This document shows, one piece after another, positions 54,244 through 57,444 of a stretch of DNA of 57,444 nucleotides. The notes beneath the pieces were generated by a model that had not been told where the DNA came from, did no database searches, and saw nothing but the letters and a program-made list of their open reading frames with translations. The position numbers were made by a program, and so were the translations under genes. Position 1 is the first letter of the stretch; each line of letters starts with the position of its first letter. The DNA is from Myxococcales bacterium. Lineage in GTDB: Bacteria > Myxococcota > Myxococcia > Myxococcales > UBA5297. The stretch is taken from positions 1 through 57,444 of the forward strand of contig JBMNNX010000006.1 in assembly GCA_050942745.1 (NCBI GenBank), read 5' to 3'.

Positions 54244-54861
54244 ATGACCGCGAGCGATACAAATAAGCCGGTTAAGCCGAATAGCAGCGATTCGCCATCC
54301 GAACGCAAGGCCGCCCGCGTGCTCGGAGTCTTTCTTATCGTGTTGGGAGCGCTCATGTTGAGCTGGGCGCCCTATTCCGTCTTCTTCCAACGCCAGAGCC
54401 TCGACTGGCCGTCAGCGCCGGGACGGGTAACGAAGGCATCGGTTGTGACGAAGGCGATAAGGGCAGGCGGCAGTCAGAAAGTAGGACTGAGGCCGCGGTA
54501 TTATCCCGTCATCGAATACGCCTTCGAAGTGGACGGCCGAGAGTACGTGGGCGACACCATCAGCTTCGTTGGCGAGTCGCCTGCTTCTAAGGACCGCAAG
54601 GCCACGCAGAGATTTGTGCAGTCGTTCGTCGACCAGACTCCCCTCCTCGTCTAACTTCGATCCGAGCAATCCGTCGCGTAACTGCCTTCAGCCCGGCGGC
54701 AGCATCGACACAACCGTGGTCGGGGGGCGCTCTTTTTTGGACTTCTCTCATTGGCCATAGGGTTTGTCGTGCTGAAGGGGTCGGGCAACGATGCCGACGT
54801 CAGCGCCAAACTGGCGGAAGCCCAGGCCCTCCTGGACGCAAAGCGCGGTAAGCCGAGCTAG
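54244..54861 (+). pseudogene. DUF3592-like membrane protein, disrupted at ~54652 and ~54735
   Basis: TM, then SLDWPSAPGRV...YYPVIEYAFEVDGREY...; after a shift FDPSNPSRNCL; after a second shift TM FGLLSLAIGFVVL...KPS*; GGAGGG RBS. Confidence 0.65.
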
Positions 54862-54946
54862 AGGCCAACGACATCACGGCCTCCGCAGGCTCGCCGATCG
54901 AATTGCACCTCCTCGGGGCAACTACCCTCGGCCCCCGGAGATCTCC

Positions 54947-55392
54947 CTGACGACCAGCGCCTTGGCCGACAAGACGTTGGCCCCGTCCGACGCCGACCTC
55001 GCCAGCATCCTCGGCCGCGTCGAGTGCCTTTGGAGCGAGCTCTTGGGGCGACTCCAAGCTGCCTACGCCCCCTGCACCGGCGCCTGGAAGCACTACGGGA
55101 AACAGGCCAGATGGACCCTGCAACTCAAGCAGAAGAAGCGCACCCTGCTCTACCTAGTCCCTCAACGAGGCGACTTCGTTGCGGTCATCGGCTTGGCGAC
55201 GCGGCGGTCGAGGCCGCTCGGGCAGTTTGGTTCGGTGGGCAGCTCGGCCAACTGCTCGGAGAGGCAGAGCGACACGTCGAGAGGACCTCGGTGCACGTGC
55301 GGGTACGAATCGCAGAGGACGTTCAAGACATCGGGCGGCTCCTAGAGATCAAGCTCACGAGCGGACCCCGGGAGCACGCGACACGCCGGTGA
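54947..55392 (+). pseudogene. DUF3788-like protein, CTG in place of a normal start and frameshift at ~55190
   Basis: PSDADLASILG...WKHYGKQARWTLQLKQKKRTLLYLVP, then shifted LGDAAVEAA...EDVQDIGRLLEIKL. Confidence 0.6.
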
Positions 55393-55506
55393 GCATTGGA
55401 AGTCCAGCGCCATCAGGAGGCCCCGAGCGCCCGGACGAACCGGAGGCGCCAGTCGCCGAACCGAGGGAACGGCGGATGCACAACGCCCATTGAACGGAGG
55501 AGCTCG

Positions 55507-56058
55507 GTGACGCAAAGCATCCTCTGGCGCCGCCTCGACACGCCGGGCCACGACGCCTGCCGCCTCGACCAGACGGCCGACGGCTGGCTCCTCCAAGGCA
55601 CCGCCGTGTTTCTCGAGCAGGGCGAGCCTGCGCGGCTGTCGTACGAGGTCGCCTGCGATGCCGCGTGGCGCAGCCAGCGCGGCCGGGTCGAGGGGTGGAT
55701 GGGGGCGCGGTCGGTGCGCTTCGACGTCGGCAGGGCCTCGAACAGCGAGTGGACGCTGAACGGCGTCGCGGTGCCGGGGCTCGAGGGCTGCGTTGACCTC
55801 GACCTCGGGTTCACGCCGGCGACCAACCTGTTGCAGCTACGCCGGCTGGCACTGGCCGTCGGGCAGGGCGCGGACGCGCCCGCCGCGTGGCTCGATGTCG
55901 CGAAAGGCGGCCTCGCGCTGCTGCCACAGCGGTACGAGCGGCGGGGCGAAGAGGCCTATTGGTACGCCGCTCCGAAGTTCGGATACGCGGCGATGCTCCA
56001 GGTCCGACCGGACGGCTTCGTGCGGCAGTACCCGGGGCTTTGGATGGAGGAGCAGTAG
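55507..56058 (+). CDS. Putative glycolipid-binding domain protein (DUF1089-like)
   Basis: GGAGGAG RBS; LWRRLDTPGHDAC, CDAAW, DLDLGFTPATNLLQLRRL, QRYER, DGFVRQYPGLW. Confidence 0.85.
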   Translation: MTQSILWRRLDTPGHDACRLDQTADGWLLQGTAVFLEQGEPARLSYEVACDAAWRSQRGRVEGWMGARSVRFDVGRASNSEWTLNGVAVPGLEGCVDLDLGFTPATNLLQLRRLALAVGQGADAPAAWLDVAKGGLALLPQRYERRGEEAYWYAAPKFGYAAMLQVRPDGFVRQYPGLWMEEQ

Positions 56059-56067
56059 CTTCGGGGC

Positions 56068-56946
56068 CTACTTCATCGCCGCCACCAGCGCGTCGGTGAG
56101 CGCCCGGCCTGCCCTGCCGTCCGCGTCGAGGCGCGGGTTGTAGATCGTCAGCTCGACTCCGACGGCGCGTCCGCTGGCCAGGGCCGACTTCAACAAGAGC
56201 GTCCACTCGTCCCAGTCGAGCCCGCCGGGGAGTCGATAGTCCACCGCCGGCATGAGGGCGTCGTCGAGGCTGTCGGCGTCGAGGTGGATGAAGAAGCCGT
56301 CGAGCCCCGGGCGCGTGAGGCGCTCGACTGCGCGGTCGATGGCGTCGCGAAGGCCCAGGCGCCGCACCGCCGGCAGATCCAACGCGAGCATCTCGGGCGG
56401 CAGCGGCTGGCTGCCGAAGGCGCGCTGCTCGTCGTGGTCCCGGAAACCGAAGGCGACGACGTCCTCCGAGCGCACCAGCGGGCTGCGGCCCTCGAGATCG
56501 CACAACAGGCTCGGACCGCGGCCGGTCGCGAAGGCGAGCTCCATCGACGCGGCCTCGCCATTGGGGTTGACTTCGGGTTGATAGAAATCGGCGTGACCGT
56601 CAACGAAGAGGAGGCCGTATCGGCCGCGGCGGCGCAGAGCGAGCGCCGGGCCGAGGAGGATCGAGCAGTCGCCGCCGAGGATGAGCGGGAGCTCGCCCCG
56701 GTCGAGCACCTGCTCCACCGCATCGGCGAGCTGCGGAGTCCAGCGGGCGATGGCCTGGGCGTTGAGGGTGAGCGTGTCGGGATCGCGCTCGGCGCTGTAG
56801 GGAGGCGGCTCGAGCCGCCCGGCGATGCGAGCCCCGAGGCGGTCGGCGAGGCCGTTTCGCAGCAGGGCCGCGGGCAGCTCTTCGACGCCCGTCGGCTTGA
56901 GCCCGAGGATGGACGGGACTTCGAGGATCGCTATCGGTCGGTTCAT
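56068..56946 (-). CDS. Arginase/agmatinase (ureohydrolase) family protein
   Basis: [31 protein letters not shown]. Confidence 0.9.
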   Translation of the reverse strand: MNRPIAILEVPSILGLKPTGVEELPAALLRNGLADRLGARIAGRLEPPPYSAERDPDTLTLNAQAIARWTPQLADAVEQVLDRGELPLILGGDCSILLGPALALRRRGRYGLLFVDGHADFYQPEVNPNGEAASMELAFATGRGPSLLCDLEGRSPLVRSEDVVAFGFRDHDEQRAFGSQPLPPEMLALDLPAVRRLGLRDAIDRAVERLTRPGLDGFFIHLDADSLDDALMPAVDYRLPGGLDWDEWTLLLKSALASGRAVGVELTIYNPRLDADGRAGRALTDALVAAMK

Positions 56947-57353
56947 TCGGCGCACCTCGCTTGGAACTTCGGCCTGGGCTCTTTGGCTGTCGCTGTCGCC
57001 GCGACCAGGCCCCGTTCGCGTCGGGCGCGCCTGCCCGCTTACTCGATCGCAAGTGCTGGCCCGGACCAGGCTTCGCCGCGTCGATTCCGCTCGCTCCTAG
57101 ACAGGCTCCGCGTGAGCCGGGTGCCCGCCGCGCAGTGCCCGCCCTTCACCGCCGCAAACTCCACCGCACACGCCGGCCCGGACTAAGCCCCCTCCCCGTC
57201 GGCGCGCTGAGCGGATCGCGACGAGCAAGCGGTCAAAAAGCGCGACGACGGGGAGGGGGTTTGGGGGTAGGGCTCACCAGTTCGAGCACGAGCCCGTCGT
57301 GCCTGCCTGGCGGTCGCTCGCGCCTCGACAAGCTCCGGCCCCTCGACAAGCTC

Positions 57354-57444
57354 CTAACTAACAGCTCCCCGCGCGTCCTCGATCTCGACTCGGTATCCCA
57401 TGCGTCGGAGTCGGTTGAGCGCGCCCTTCTTGACCGCTTCCCTG
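57354..57444 (-). CDS. 3' end of an unidentified CDS entering from beyond the window
   Basis: Minus frame reads REAVKKGALNRLRRMGYRVEIEDARGAVS*; too short to assign. Confidence 0.35.
   Translation of the reverse strand, partial: REAVKKGALNRLRRMGYRVEIEDARGAVS

Overview
This is a GC-rich bacterial chromosome segment. Gene content and protein style (DAG-repeat and TSP3/FG-GAP lipoproteins, HEAT proteins, a dispersed recF/gyrB arrangement) suggest a Myxococcota (myxobacteria-like) organism; this is inference. It has three zones. (1) About 1-25.8 kb is accessory: an ISL3 transposase fragment, a Doc toxin with an unusually large upstream partner, a CvrA-type K+/H+ antiporter, two paralogous zinc-ribbon membrane proteins, a TPR-cNMP protein, an ABC-ATPase + TOPRIM-like pair (candidate defence system), an S41 peptidase, two arylsulfatases with an anaerobic radical-SAM maturase, a Lys-type (IIIK) PGDH, a DUF2254-like protein, a STAS-like protein and a histidine kinase, plus two REP-like repeat families and a MITE-like element. 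(2) About 25.9-51.1 kb is mostly core: tRNA-Gln(TTG), gyrB, recF, an NTase + metallophosphoesterase pair, rplM-rpsI, an M61 peptidase, a glycerate kinase-fmt-aroQ-like-rsmB-rpe run, KpsF/GutQ and a class II aldolase, with large surface lipoproteins between them. (3) About 51.2-57.4 kb is a second accessory stretch. About a dozen single-base frameshifts, many in homopolymers, fall only in poorly conserved genes, so many apparent pseudogenes may be assembly errors. The best candidates for undescribed biology are the Doc + ~270-aa partner module, the ABC-ATPase/TOPRIM-like pair, and a catalytically degenerate AroQ with a repeat-containing C-terminal extension. All family calls come from reading motifs by eye; no database searches were run.
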